Shown: one piece after another, positions 45,275 through 54,326 of the stretch
How the letters are laid out: each line of letters begins with the position of its first letter
Numbering within the stretch: position 1 is the first letter of the stretch
Source: an uncultured Acidimicrobiales bacterium
Lineage (GTDB): Bacteria; Actinomycetota; Acidimicrobiia; Acidimicrobiales; Aldehydirespiratoraceae
Assembly: GCA_958296055.1 (NCBI GenBank)
Contig: CATQHS010000001.1
Location: 579,808 to 643,807 of the forward strand
Length of the DNA stretch: 64,000 nucleotides
Direction of reading: 5' to 3'
Program-made: the position numbers and the translations under genes
The notes under the pieces: model-generated
Databases searched by the model: none
What the model was told of the DNA's origin: nothing
What the model saw: only the letters and a program-made list of their open reading frames with translations

Positions 45275-46306
45275 GTGGCGGCAGGCGGAGGAACCAAGGC
45301 GATCCTGGCCGCCCTGTTCGCCAACCTCGGGATAGCCATAGCCAAGTTCGTCGCCTTCGTCTTCACCGGGGCGTCGTCGATGCTGGCCGAGGCCATCCAC
45401 AGCGTGGCCGACTCCTCCAACCAGGCCCTGCTGCTGCTGGGCGGCCGCCTGGCCCGCCGGGACGCCACCGCCGAGCACTCCTTCGGGTTCGGGCGGGAGC
45501 GCTACTTCTGGTCCTTCGTGGTGGCCCTGGTGCTGTTCTCGGTGGGTTCGCTGTTCGCCCTCTGGGAGGGCGTCCAGAAGATCCGCCATCCCCACGAGAT
45601 CAACTCGCCCATCTGGGCCTTCGCCGTGCTGTCCTTCGGCATCGTGCTGGAGGGCCTGTCCTTCAGGACCGCCATCATCGAGTCGATGCGCATCCGGGGC
45701 TCGGCCACCTGGACCGCCTTCATCCGCCGGTCCCGGACTCCGGAGCTGCCGGTGGTGCTGCTGGAGGACCTCGGCGCCCTGATCGGCCTGGTGTTCGCCC
45801 TGACCGCGGTGACCATCGCCACCGTCTTCGACGCCCCGGTGTGGGACGGCATCGGGACGCTGTCCATCGGCGTGCTGCTCGGGGTCATCGCCGTGGTGTT
45901 GATGGTGGAGATGCGCAGCCTGCTGCTGGGAGAGTCGGCCACCCGGGCCGACGCCGCCGCCATCCGGGCCGCCATCGGATCCACCGAGGGGGTCGAGAGG
46001 CTGATCCACCTGCGCACCCAGCACCTCGGCCCCGACGAGCTGCTGGTGGCGGCCAAGGTGGAGTTCGACGCCGGCTACACCACCGCCGATTTGACCGACG
46101 CCATCAACCGGGTGGAGCGCAACACCCGCCGGGCCGTGCCCATCGCCCACCCCATGTACATCGAGCCCGGCGTCGGGCCGGCCGAGGACTCCGAAGCTGA
46201 CGGGGACTCCGAGGCCGGTCAAGCCCGGGGCGACGAGGGCGCAGGCTCTGCGGGCGAGAGCCCCGAAGACGACGAGGGCGGCGACCGGGCCCGAGACCGG
46301 GCGTGA
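45275..46306 (+). CDS. cation diffusion facilitator family transporter
   Basis: Family pattern AEAIHSVADSSNQ...FGFGRERYFW. RBS GGGAGA lies 6 nt before GTG 45275. The C-terminal tail is acidic. Confidence 0.8.
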   Translation: MAAGGGTKAILAALFANLGIAIAKFVAFVFTGASSMLAEAIHSVADSSNQALLLLGGRLARRDATAEHSFGFGRERYFWSFVVALVLFSVGSLFALWEGVQKIRHPHEINSPIWAFAVLSFGIVLEGLSFRTAIIESMRIRGSATWTAFIRRSRTPELPVVLLEDLGALIGLVFALTAVTIATVFDAPVWDGIGTLSIGVLLGVIAVVLMVEMRSLLLGESATRADAAAIRAAIGSTEGVERLIHLRTQHLGPDELLVAAKVEFDAGYTTADLTDAINRVERNTRRAVPIAHPMYIEPGVGPAEDSEADGDSEAGQARGDEGAGSAGESPEDDEGGDRARDRA

Positions 46307-47001
46307 CCGGGCTCCACTGCACCACTGTGGGGTCGGGGCCTCCGGTGGTGCTCCTGCACGGCATGGGCGACGACTCGTCGGTGTGGGATGAGACGGTGGC
46401 CGCCCTAGCCGGCGACTTCGCCTGCACCGCAGTAGACCTTCCCGGCCACGGCCGCTCCCCCGCCCCCGACGACCCCGGCGCCTATGAGCGCCAGACGGTG
46501 CTGGACGCCCTCGACGAAGTGCTGGAGCGGACCGGCCCCGCCCTGGTGGTGGGCCACTCGCTGGGCGGCTACCTGGCCTTGGCCCACCGGATCACCCGCC
46601 CGGACGGCCCGACGGCGGCCCCCGGCCTGGTGCTGGTCTCGACCGGCCCCGGTTTCCGGGACGCCGGCTCCATGGCGCAGTGGAACGACCGGGTGAGAGC
46701 CAACGCCCCCAGCCTCTCCGTGCCCCCCGCCGCGGTCGCCATCAGCCTCCACGTCGACTCGATGGTGATCGACCGGCTGGAGGAGGTGACGGTCCCGGTG
46801 GGCTTGGTGGTGGGCGGCGAGGACCGGAACTTCCTGGGGGCCAACGACTACATGGAGGCCAGGCTGGCTGATGTGAGGCGGGTGACCGTCGAGGGCGGCC
46901 GCCACCGGGTGATGCGGACCCATCCCGGCGAGGTGGCGGCCATGGCCCGCCAAGTGTCCGCCGCGGCCGGGCTGTGGTCGGCGCAGGACATCGGCGAATA
47001 A
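46303..47001 (+). CDS. alpha/beta hydrolase
   Basis: Motifs VVLLHGMGDD, DLPGHGRS and GHSLGG. The GTG overlaps the upstream TGA. Confidence 0.8.
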   Translation: MTGLHCTTVGSGPPVVLLHGMGDDSSVWDETVAALAGDFACTAVDLPGHGRSPAPDDPGAYERQTVLDALDEVLERTGPALVVGHSLGGYLALAHRITRPDGPTAAPGLVLVSTGPGFRDAGSMAQWNDRVRANAPSLSVPPAAVAISLHVDSMVIDRLEEVTVPVGLVVGGEDRNFLGANDYMEARLADVRRVTVEGGRHRVMRTHPGEVAAMARQVSAAAGLWSAQDIGE

Positions 47002-47044
47002 GGCGAACAGCGAGAGGTAAGAAACGAGAGGTGGGAAACGAGAG

Positions 47045-48001
47045 GTGAGTGCGGAAGTGACCAAGAACTCGTTCGGCCCGGTGGTGGACGCCCGCTGGCT
47101 GGCCGACAACCTCGGATCGGTGGTGGCGGCCGACGTGCGCTGGTACCTGGACGGCCGCTCGGGCCGAGACGCCTACGACCGGGGTCACCTGCCGGGGGCC
47201 CGCTTCGTGGACCTCGACGCCGACCTGTCGGGACCGCCGACGCCGGCCGGTGGCCGTCATCCCCTGCCCGACCCCGACCGCTTCGCCGAGGCCATGGGCC
47301 GTCTCGGCATTGGCGACGGCGACCGGGTGGTGGCCTACGACGACACCGGCGGGGTGATCGCGGCCCGGCTGTGGTGGATGCTCGACTCGCTGGGGCATCC
47401 GGCCGCCGTGCTCGACGGCGGGATCGGCGCCTGGGCCGGGCCGTTGGAAACAGCCCCGGCGGCCTGGACGGCGGCGGAGTTCACCGCCCGGCCCTGGCCC
47501 GAGGATCGCTTCGTCGGCATCGACGAGCTGGACCGCCTCCGGGGCCAGCCCGACACGGTGATCATCGACGCCCGCTCGGCCGAGCGCTATCGGGGCGACC
47601 CCAACCCCATCGACCCCCGGTTCGGCCACGTCCCCGGCGCGCTGAGCATGCCCGCCGCCGACAACCTGGCCGCCGACGGCCGCCTGCGGTCGGCAGCCGA
47701 GTTGCGGTCCCGCTACGCGGCGATCGGCGCCAAGGCACCAGGCGTCGGGGCCGGGACCGGGGACTCCGGCATTGAGACATCCGGCGTCGGGGACTCCGGC
47801 ATTGAGACGTCCGGGGCCGGGACGTCCGCCGGAACATCCGATGTGGTCGCCTACTGCGGCAGCGGGGTGTCGGCCTGCTGCGACCTGCTGGCCCTGCGCC
47901 GGGCCGGGCTGGCCGACGGGCGGCTGTTCACCGGCTCGTGGTCGGCTTGGGGGTCCGACCCCGACCGGCCCATCGAGACCAGCCCACAGAAACCCGCCTG
48001 A
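47045..48001 (+). CDS. sulfurtransferase (tandem rhodanese; thiosulfate/3-mercaptopyruvate type)
   Basis: Family pattern HLPGARFVDL...HPLP. The active-site loop is YCGSGVSA. A repeat insert (GDSGIETSGV x2) lies just upstream of the catalytic Cys. Confidence 0.8.
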   Translation: MSAEVTKNSFGPVVDARWLADNLGSVVAADVRWYLDGRSGRDAYDRGHLPGARFVDLDADLSGPPTPAGGRHPLPDPDRFAEAMGRLGIGDGDRVVAYDDTGGVIAARLWWMLDSLGHPAAVLDGGIGAWAGPLETAPAAWTAAEFTARPWPEDRFVGIDELDRLRGQPDTVIIDARSAERYRGDPNPIDPRFGHVPGALSMPAADNLAADGRLRSAAELRSRYAAIGAKAPGVGAGTGDSGIETSGVGDSGIETSGAGTSAGTSDVVAYCGSGVSACCDLLALRRAGLADGRLFTGSWSAWGSDPDRPIETSPQKPA

Positions 48002-48084
48002 TGGCCAACCCGCGGGCCCCGGCCGCCAACAACGCCAGCACCCACCCGACCCCCACGAACCCGACCTGATGGCCAACCCGCGGG
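47997..48084 (+). repeat. 68-bp-period duplication of the sulfurtransferase-stop / ppx-start junction
   Basis: CCTGATGGCCAACCCGCGGG occurs at 47997-48016 and 48065-48084. Copy 1 supplies the TGA of the upstream gene, and copy 2 supplies the ATG of ppx. Confidence 0.9.
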
Positions 48085-49754
48085 CGCTGGCCGCCATCGA
48101 TGTGGGCACCAACTCGGTGCATATGGTGGTGGCCCGCCCCGTGCCCGGAGGCCCACCCGATTTCTTGGCCCGGGAGCGGATGCCGGTGCGGCTGGGGTCA
48201 GGCGGCAGCGACATGAAGCGGCTGCAGCCCGACGCCATCGACCGGGCCATCGCCGCCCTCGACGAGTGCCGCCGCATCGCCGAGGCCCACCGGGCCGACG
48301 TGGCCGCGGTGGCCACCAGCGCGGTCCGCGAGGCGGCCAACGCCGCCGACTTCCTGCGGCGGGCCCGCACCGAGGCCGGGGTGAGCGTGGAGGTGGTGTC
48401 AGGGGTGGAGGAGGCCCGCCTAATCCACCTCGGAGCCCTGAGCGCGGCGCCGATAGCGGGCCGCCCCCACCTGGTGATCGACATCGGGGGCGGCTCCACC
48501 GAGGTGATCGTCGGCACCGGCACCGAGCCGACCCTGGCCCGCAGCCTGAAGCTGGGCCACATCCGCCTCACCGACCGGTTCTTCCCCGGCGGGCGCATCG
48601 AGCCGGGAGCGGTGAAGGCCTGCCGCCGCCACATCCAGTCCTTCATCGCCCCGTTCCTGCGGGAGGTGACCAACTTCGAGGTGGCGGTGGGTTGCTCGGG
48701 CACCATCGAGGCTCTGGCCCTCATGGGAGCGGCCCGCCGGGGCGAGCCGCTGCGGACGGTGGCCAACGCCGCCCTCGGCCGCCAAGACCTCGACGCCGTG
48801 GTCGCCGACCTGATCGCCCGCCCCGCCGACCGGGCCGGCCTCCCCGGGCTCGACCCGGGCCGGGCCGAGGTGATCGTGGCCGGCGCCGTCCTGCTCCGCC
48901 AGATGTTCAAGTCCCTGGGCATACGGACCCTCACCGTGTCCACCGGGGCGCTGCGGGAGGGGCTGCTGCTGGACCGGTTCCACCGGCGGGACCGCTCGCC
49001 GGTCCACGGGCTGCACCACCTCAACGACCTGCGGCGCTCCAGCGTGCTGGCCGCGGCCCGCCGCTACGACGAGGACATCGCCCACGCCGGGCACTCCACC
49101 AACCTAGCCCTGGAGCTGTTCGACGAGATCCGGCCCGCCCACGGGCTGGGCGAGCCCGAGCGGGAGGTGCTGGAAGCGGCCGGGCTGCTGCACAACATCG
49201 GGCGGTTCGTGGCCTACGCCGCCCACCACCAGCACTCCTACTACTTGATCCGCCACAGCGAGCAGCTCGCCGGGTTCACCGAAAACGAGCTCGAGCTCAT
49301 CGCCCAGGTGGCCCGCTATCACCGCAAGAGCGCCCCCCGCCAGTCCCATTCGAGCTTCGCGGCGCTCGATGAGGCCGATCAGCACCGGGTCCGGCTGCTG
49401 GCCGGGCTGCTGCGGGTGGGGATCGCCCTAGACCGCACCTACCGGCGGGTGGTGCGCCACGTCAAAGCCGCCGTCGACGACCGGGGCCTGCGGATCGAGG
49501 TTCACACCGCCGCCGACGCCGACGCCGAGCTGGAGTTGTTCACCGCCCGGGACCGTTGCGGCCTGCTGGCCGACGCCCTGAACCTCCCGGTGCGCTTCGA
49601 GGTCAAGACCGGCCGCGAAGCAGGCAAGGCCGCGGCGGCCGAGACGGCGACGACCGCCGCCGCCCAACCCGGAACCGCGGCGGCCGAGATGGCGACGACC
49701 ACCGCCGCCCAACCCCAAGCCGCGGCGGCCACCCTCAGCCGCGGGGCTGGATGA
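48069..49754 (+). CDS. ppx: Ppx/GppA family phosphatase with C-terminal HD domain
   Basis: Family pattern AAIDVGTNSVHMVV...IDIGGGSTE. The HD region reads LLHNIGRFV...HHQHSYYLIRH. I set the start at ATG 48069. The C-terminal Ala/Thr-rich tail is encoded by a 45-51 bp tandem repeat. Confidence 0.85.
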   Translation: MANPRALAAIDVGTNSVHMVVARPVPGGPPDFLARERMPVRLGSGGSDMKRLQPDAIDRAIAALDECRRIAEAHRADVAAVATSAVREAANAADFLRRARTEAGVSVEVVSGVEEARLIHLGALSAAPIAGRPHLVIDIGGGSTEVIVGTGTEPTLARSLKLGHIRLTDRFFPGGRIEPGAVKACRRHIQSFIAPFLREVTNFEVAVGCSGTIEALALMGAARRGEPLRTVANAALGRQDLDAVVADLIARPADRAGLPGLDPGRAEVIVAGAVLLRQMFKSLGIRTLTVSTGALREGLLLDRFHRRDRSPVHGLHHLNDLRRSSVLAAARRYDEDIAHAGHSTNLALELFDEIRPAHGLGEPEREVLEAAGLLHNIGRFVAYAAHHQHSYYLIRHSEQLAGFTENELELIAQVARYHRKSAPRQSHSSFAALDEADQHRVRLLAGLLRVGIALDRTYRRVVRHVKAAVDDRGLRIEVHTAADADAELELFTARDRCGLLADALNLPVRFEVKTGREAGKAAAAETATTAAAQPGTAAAEMATTTAAQPQAAAATLSRGAG

Positions 49755-50598
49755 CCGAGCGGCCGAAGTCGGCCAGAGCCTCCTCGGTGCGGCGGAAGTA
49801 GCGGAAGGCCGGCACCAGCAGCCGGTGGACGCCCCACGACTCGGCCTCGGCCACCGCCGCGGCCGGGTCGTCGCCCAGCAGGCCCGGATGAAACGTCGTC
49901 ACCTCGATCGATGCGGGGTCCCGGCCGGCAGAGGCCGCCTCGGCCCGGGCCAGCCCGGCCAGGGAGGCCACATCCCCCTCGGCCGGGAAGAAGCCGTCGC
50001 CCACCCGGCCGGCCCGCCGGGCCGCGGCCGGGCTGTGGCCGCCGATGTGGACCGGCACCCGGCCCGCCGCCGGCTTGGGGTTGGAGCTGACCCGCTCGAA
50101 CGACACGAACTCGCCCTCGAAGGAAACGTCGTCGCCGGCCCACACCCGCCGCATAGCCTCCAGGTACTCCTCGGTGCGGGCCCCCCGCCGGTCCCAGGGC
50201 ACGCCCAGGGCCTCGAACTCCTCCCGCAGCCAGCCCACGCCGACACCCAGCTCCACCCGGCCCCCGGACATGGAGTCGACGGTGGCCACCTCCTTGGCGT
50301 AGACGAGGGGGTGGCGCTCGGCCAGCAGCGAGATGCCGGTGGCCAGCCGGATGGTGGAGGTGGCGGCGGCCACGTACCCCAGCCACACCAGCGGATCGGG
50401 GATGGGGTTGCGGCCCGACCCCGGCATCTTGCCGCTGGGGCCGTACGGGTAAACCGACTCGTACCCCTCGGGGTAGACGACGTGCTCCACCGTCCACAGC
50501 GACTCGAACCCGGCCGACTCGGCCGCGGCGGCCAGCCGGGCCGCCCCCGGCCCGGAGGCGAAGGGCCCGGTGTTGGCGAAACCGATGCCGAACTTCAC
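49735..50598 (-). CDS. LLM class (luciferase-like) oxidoreductase, probably F420-dependent
   Basis: Family pattern MKFGIGFANTGPFA...AESAGFESLWTVEHV. It overlaps the ppx 3' end convergently by 20 nt. Confidence 0.75.
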   Translation of the reverse strand: MKFGIGFANTGPFASGPGAARLAAAAESAGFESLWTVEHVVYPEGYESVYPYGPSGKMPGSGRNPIPDPLVWLGYVAAATSTIRLATGISLLAERHPLVYAKEVATVDSMSGGRVELGVGVGWLREEFEALGVPWDRRGARTEEYLEAMRRVWAGDDVSFEGEFVSFERVSSNPKPAAGRVPVHIGGHSPAAARRAGRVGDGFFPAEGDVASLAGLARAEAASAGRDPASIEVTTFHPGLLGDDPAAAVAEAESWGVHRLLVPAFRYFRRTEEALADFGRSVIQPRG

Positions 50599-50650
50599 CG
50601 CGCCCCCGCTCGATCAATCGCCGCCAGTCCGGGCGGTACCATAACCAGCC

Positions 50651-51862
50651 GTGACCGGACCCGGCGCTGTCGACCCAGGCGCCGAAGCCGGCCCGGCTGA
50701 ACCGGCTCGGATCGACCGGGTCGACGTCGGGGCCAAGCGCAGCCCCCACAACGCCAAGTGGTCCGAGTACGGGCCCGACGTGCTGCCGGCCTGGGTGGCC
50801 GAGCACGACTTCCGCCAGCCCGACCCGGTGATCGAGGCCATGGCGGCCACCATTGAACGGCGCGAGTTCGGCTACCACCGCCGCGACCCCGAGGTGGCCG
50901 AGGCCTTCGGGGGCTGGGCCCGGTCCCGGTACGGCTGGGACCCCGACCCTGATCTGGCCGTCGTTTGCGTGGACGCCCTCCAAGGCGTCACCGCCGCGGT
51001 CACCGCCTTGGCCGCCGAAGGCCAGGGCGTGATCCTGACGCCCCCCGTCTACCACATCTTCTGGAGGATCTGCCCCACCTCGGGGCGGCGCCCGGTGGAG
51101 TGGCCGATGCGGCCCGGCCCCGACGGATGGCGCCTCGATCCCGACGACCTAGAGGCGGTGGTGGCCGCCGACCCCGGCGCCCGGGTGCTGCTGCTGTCGC
51201 ACCCCCAGAACCCGACCGGGAATGTGGCCGGCCGGGACACCCTGGCCCGCATCGTCGAGCTGGCCCACGCCCACGACTTCCACATCGTGTCCGACGAGAT
51301 CCACGGCGACATGGTCTACTCCCCGGCCGAGTTCGTTCCCATGCTGTCGCTGGACGGCGCGGCCGAGCGGGTGATAACCGTGACCTCGCCGGCCAAGACC
51401 TTCGCCCTGTCGGGACTGCGCTGCGCCCTGAGCATCTTCGGCGACCCGGAGCTGCGCCGCCGGGTGGTCGAGGCCCACCCGCCCCTGCTGTTGGGCCACG
51501 CCTCCCGGATGGGCGTCGACGCCTCGGTGGCGGCTTGGACCGAGGGCGCGGCCTGGGCCGACCGGCTGGTCGACCAGCTCCGGGCCCACCGCGATCACCT
51601 GGCCCGGCGGCTGGCGGCCGAAGCCCCGGCGGTGAGGCTGCACCGGCCCGAGTCGACGTTTCTGGCCTGGCTGGACGTGTCGGCCTGCGGCCTGGGCGAC
51701 CGGCCCGCGGCGGCGCTGTTGGAGCGGGCCCGGGTGGCGCTGGTGGAGGGCACCGAGTTCGGGACCGGCGGCGAGGACCACGTGCGGCTCAACTTCGGGA
51801 CGTCAAAGGCGGTGCTAGACGAGATCATCGACCGGCTGGTCCCCTGCCTCCAGGCACCCTGA
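50651..51862 (+). CDS. PLP-dependent aminotransferase class I/II, MalY/PatB-type C-S lyase
   Basis: Family pattern KWSEYGPDVLPAWVAEHDF...PQNPTGNV. Confidence 0.75.
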   Translation: MTGPGAVDPGAEAGPAEPARIDRVDVGAKRSPHNAKWSEYGPDVLPAWVAEHDFRQPDPVIEAMAATIERREFGYHRRDPEVAEAFGGWARSRYGWDPDPDLAVVCVDALQGVTAAVTALAAEGQGVILTPPVYHIFWRICPTSGRRPVEWPMRPGPDGWRLDPDDLEAVVAADPGARVLLLSHPQNPTGNVAGRDTLARIVELAHAHDFHIVSDEIHGDMVYSPAEFVPMLSLDGAAERVITVTSPAKTFALSGLRCALSIFGDPELRRRVVEAHPPLLLGHASRMGVDASVAAWTEGAAWADRLVDQLRAHRDHLARRLAAEAPAVRLHRPESTFLAWLDVSACGLGDRPAAALLERARVALVEGTEFGTGGEDHVRLNFGTSKAVLDEIIDRLVPCLQAP

Positions 51863-51893
51863 ACCGGCCGCCCTGCGCCGGTAGCCTGCGCCC

Positions 51894-53120
51894 ATGACCT
51901 CCGCCCCAGCCCATCCGTTTCTGCACGCCTTCGCCCCGCCGGCCAAGCCCGAGTCCGACTTCGTGACCATCGTCCGGGGCCGGGGGTCGGTGGTCTACGA
52001 CGACAAGGGCAAGGACTACATCGACGCCCTGGCCAGCCTCTGGTACTGCCAGATCGGCCACGGCAGAGGTGAGATGACCGAGGCGGTCACCGCCCAGATG
52101 GAGCGCCTGGCCGCCTACCAGACCTTCGACCCGTTCACCAACGAGCCCGCAGCCCGGCTGGCGGAGATGGTCAGCGAGCGGTCGCCGCTGCCCGACGGGC
52201 GGGTTTTCTTCGGTTGCTCGGGCTCCGAGGCGGTGGACACCGCCCTGAAGCTGGCCCGCCTGGTGGCCCAGCGCCGGGGCGAGCCGGACCGCCAGGTGGT
52301 GATCAAGCGGACCCACGGCTATCACGGCACCAACTTCGGGGGCACCTCGGCCCAGGGCATCGCCGCCAACCGGGAGGGCTGGGGAGATCTGGTGCCCCAC
52401 TTCCTGGAGGTCCCCAACCGCGACATCGAGGCCATGGCCACCGCCTTCGCCCGCCACGGCGAGCGGGTGGCGGCGGTGATAGCCGAGCCGGTCCAAGGCG
52501 GCGGCGGCATATACCCGCCCCCCGACGGCTACCTGGAGGGGGTGCGCCGGCTCTGCGACCGGCACGGGGCGCTGATGATCCTCGACGAGGTGATCTGCGG
52601 GTTCGGCCGCACCGGGGAGTGGTTCGGGGCCCAGACCTTCGGCGTCACCCCCGACCTGATGACCTTCGCCAAGGGCGTCACCTCCGGCTACCTGCCGCTG
52701 AGCGGAGTCATCGCCTCCCGGCGGGTGTGCGAGGCCATCGAGGAGCCCGGCTTCGTGCTGCGCACCGGCTACACCTACTCGGGCCACCCGACCGCGGCCG
52801 CGGCCGGGATCCGCAACCTCGAGATAATCGCCGACGAGAGCCTGGTGGAGCGGGCCCGCCACGTGGGGCGGGCCCTGGCCGACGGGCTCGACGCCCTGGC
52901 CGCCGACGGGCTGATCGCCTCGCACCGGGGGGCGGGCGCGGTGCGGGGCGCGGTGCTGGAGGGCGACGCCGCCCCGGTGCGGGCCGACATGCTGGCGCGG
53001 GGCGTGATAGTGCGGCCCATCGGCAACGTCTTGGCCCTGTGCCCGCCGCTGGTCATCACCGACGACGAGATCGGCCGGATCATCGACACCATGGCCGACT
53101 CCATCAGAGCCGTCGCCTGA
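51894..53120 (+). CDS. class III (omega) aminotransferase
   Basis: Motifs FGCSGSEAVDTALKLAR and LILDEVICGFGRTGEWFG. Confidence 0.8.
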   Translation: MTSAPAHPFLHAFAPPAKPESDFVTIVRGRGSVVYDDKGKDYIDALASLWYCQIGHGRGEMTEAVTAQMERLAAYQTFDPFTNEPAARLAEMVSERSPLPDGRVFFGCSGSEAVDTALKLARLVAQRRGEPDRQVVIKRTHGYHGTNFGGTSAQGIAANREGWGDLVPHFLEVPNRDIEAMATAFARHGERVAAVIAEPVQGGGGIYPPPDGYLEGVRRLCDRHGALMILDEVICGFGRTGEWFGAQTFGVTPDLMTFAKGVTSGYLPLSGVIASRRVCEAIEEPGFVLRTGYTYSGHPTAAAAGIRNLEIIADESLVERARHVGRALADGLDALAADGLIASHRGAGAVRGAVLEGDAAPVRADMLARGVIVRPIGNVLALCPPLVITDDEIGRIIDTMADSIRAVA

Positions 53121-53175
53121 CCGGCTGTCGCTCTGACCGGCTGTCTCCTGGCGATCGATCCGACGGTTCGGGGGA

Positions 53176-53883
53176 TCACGCCATTCGACCGGGCCCGGCT
53201 CGGCCCGGCGGGGCCAGCGCGGCCCGCTCGGCCCAGCACTCGTCTCGGGCAAAGCAGCCAGGGACGTGGTCGTTGACCAGGCCCACCGACTGCATGAAGG
53301 CGTAGACCGTGGTGGGGCCGACGAAGCTCCACCCCCGGTGCTTCAGGTCCCGGGCCAGGGCGGTCGAGGCCGGTGTGACCGAGGGCATGGACCACCCAGT
53401 GGGATCGTCGATGGCTGCTCCGTCGGCGTCGATTACCCCGGCGTTGCTTACCCCGGCGTCGCTCCCGTCGGTGTCGCACTCAGCCGGTTCCCAGCTCCAG
53501 AGGTAGGCGGCCAGCGAGCCGAACTCGGCGATCAGATCGACCGCCCGGCGGGCGTTGTTGACCGCCGAGGCGATCTTGCCTCGGTGTCGGACGATCCCGG
53601 CGTCGCCCAGCAGGCGCTCCACATCGCCGTCGCCAAAGGCGGCCACCGCGGCGATGTCGAACCCGGCGAAAGCGGCCCGGAAGCTCTCCCGCTTGCGCAG
53701 GATGGTCAGCCACGACAGGCCCGCCTGGAAGCCCTCCAGGCACAGCTTCTCGAACAGCCGGACGTCGTCGACCACCGGGCGGCCCCACTCCCGGTCGTGG
53801 TAGGCCAGATAGCCGGGGTCGGCGCCGGGCCACCAGCAGCGGGCCCGCCCGTCGGCCCCAGATATCAGCCGAGCCTCGGTCAC
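53176..53883 (-). CDS. tag: DNA-3-methyladenine glycosylase I
   Basis: Family pattern YHDREWGRPVVDDVRLFEKLCLEGFQAGLSW...VGPTTVYAFMQSVGLVNDH. It carries an insert of about 30 aa (AECDTDGSDAGVSNAGVIDADGAA). Confidence 0.85.
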   Translation of the reverse strand: MTEARLISGADGRARCWWPGADPGYLAYHDREWGRPVVDDVRLFEKLCLEGFQAGLSWLTILRKRESFRAAFAGFDIAAVAAFGDGDVERLLGDAGIVRHRGKIASAVNNARRAVDLIAEFGSLAAYLWSWEPAECDTDGSDAGVSNAGVIDADGAAIDDPTGWSMPSVTPASTALARDLKHRGWSFVGPTTVYAFMQSVGLVNDHVPGCFARDECWAERAALAPPGRAGPGRMA

Positions 53884-53916
53884 ATCTCCGGCTTCGAGGG
53901 GCGGCCGGGTGGCTGG

Positions 53917-54321
53917 TTAGCCGACCAACAGCACGCCGGTGAACAGGGCGAACAGAGCGCTGAGCAGGGCCACCGCGGCGGTGGCGGCCCGGACCGGCAA
54001 CGACGAGGTGAGCGAGTGCCAGGCCGCGGCCGCTCCCGAGACGACCACCGCCACCAGCTTCAGCCCCAGGGTCATGTGGTAGCTGGCCTCCAAGTCGCCC
54101 AGGCTCACCTCCAGCAGGTTCCATATGCCGGTGATCACGGCCAGGGCGAAAGCGGGCCAAGCCACCATGGCGAAGCGCCGGGCCGCCAGCTTGGGCGTCT
54201 CCGCGCCCAGCCCCCGCAGCAGCGGGATCAGCCCGGCCATGACGATCTGGCCGCCCACCCACACCGACACGGCCAAGACGTGCAGCGAAATCCGTATGGA
54301 GTCGAGGTCGATCTCCACCAT
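53917..54321 (-). CDS. small integral membrane protein (4 TM, CopD-like topology)
   Basis: MVEIDLDSIRISLHVLAVSVWVGGQIVMAGL.... I moved the start to ATG 54321, which lies 5 nt after the upstream stop. Confidence 0.5.
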   Translation of the reverse strand: MVEIDLDSIRISLHVLAVSVWVGGQIVMAGLIPLLRGLGAETPKLAARRFAMVAWPAFALAVITGIWNLLEVSLGDLEASYHMTLGLKLVAVVVSGAAAAWHSLTSSLPVRAATAAVALLSALFALFTGVLLVG

Positions 54322-54326
54322 GGCCC

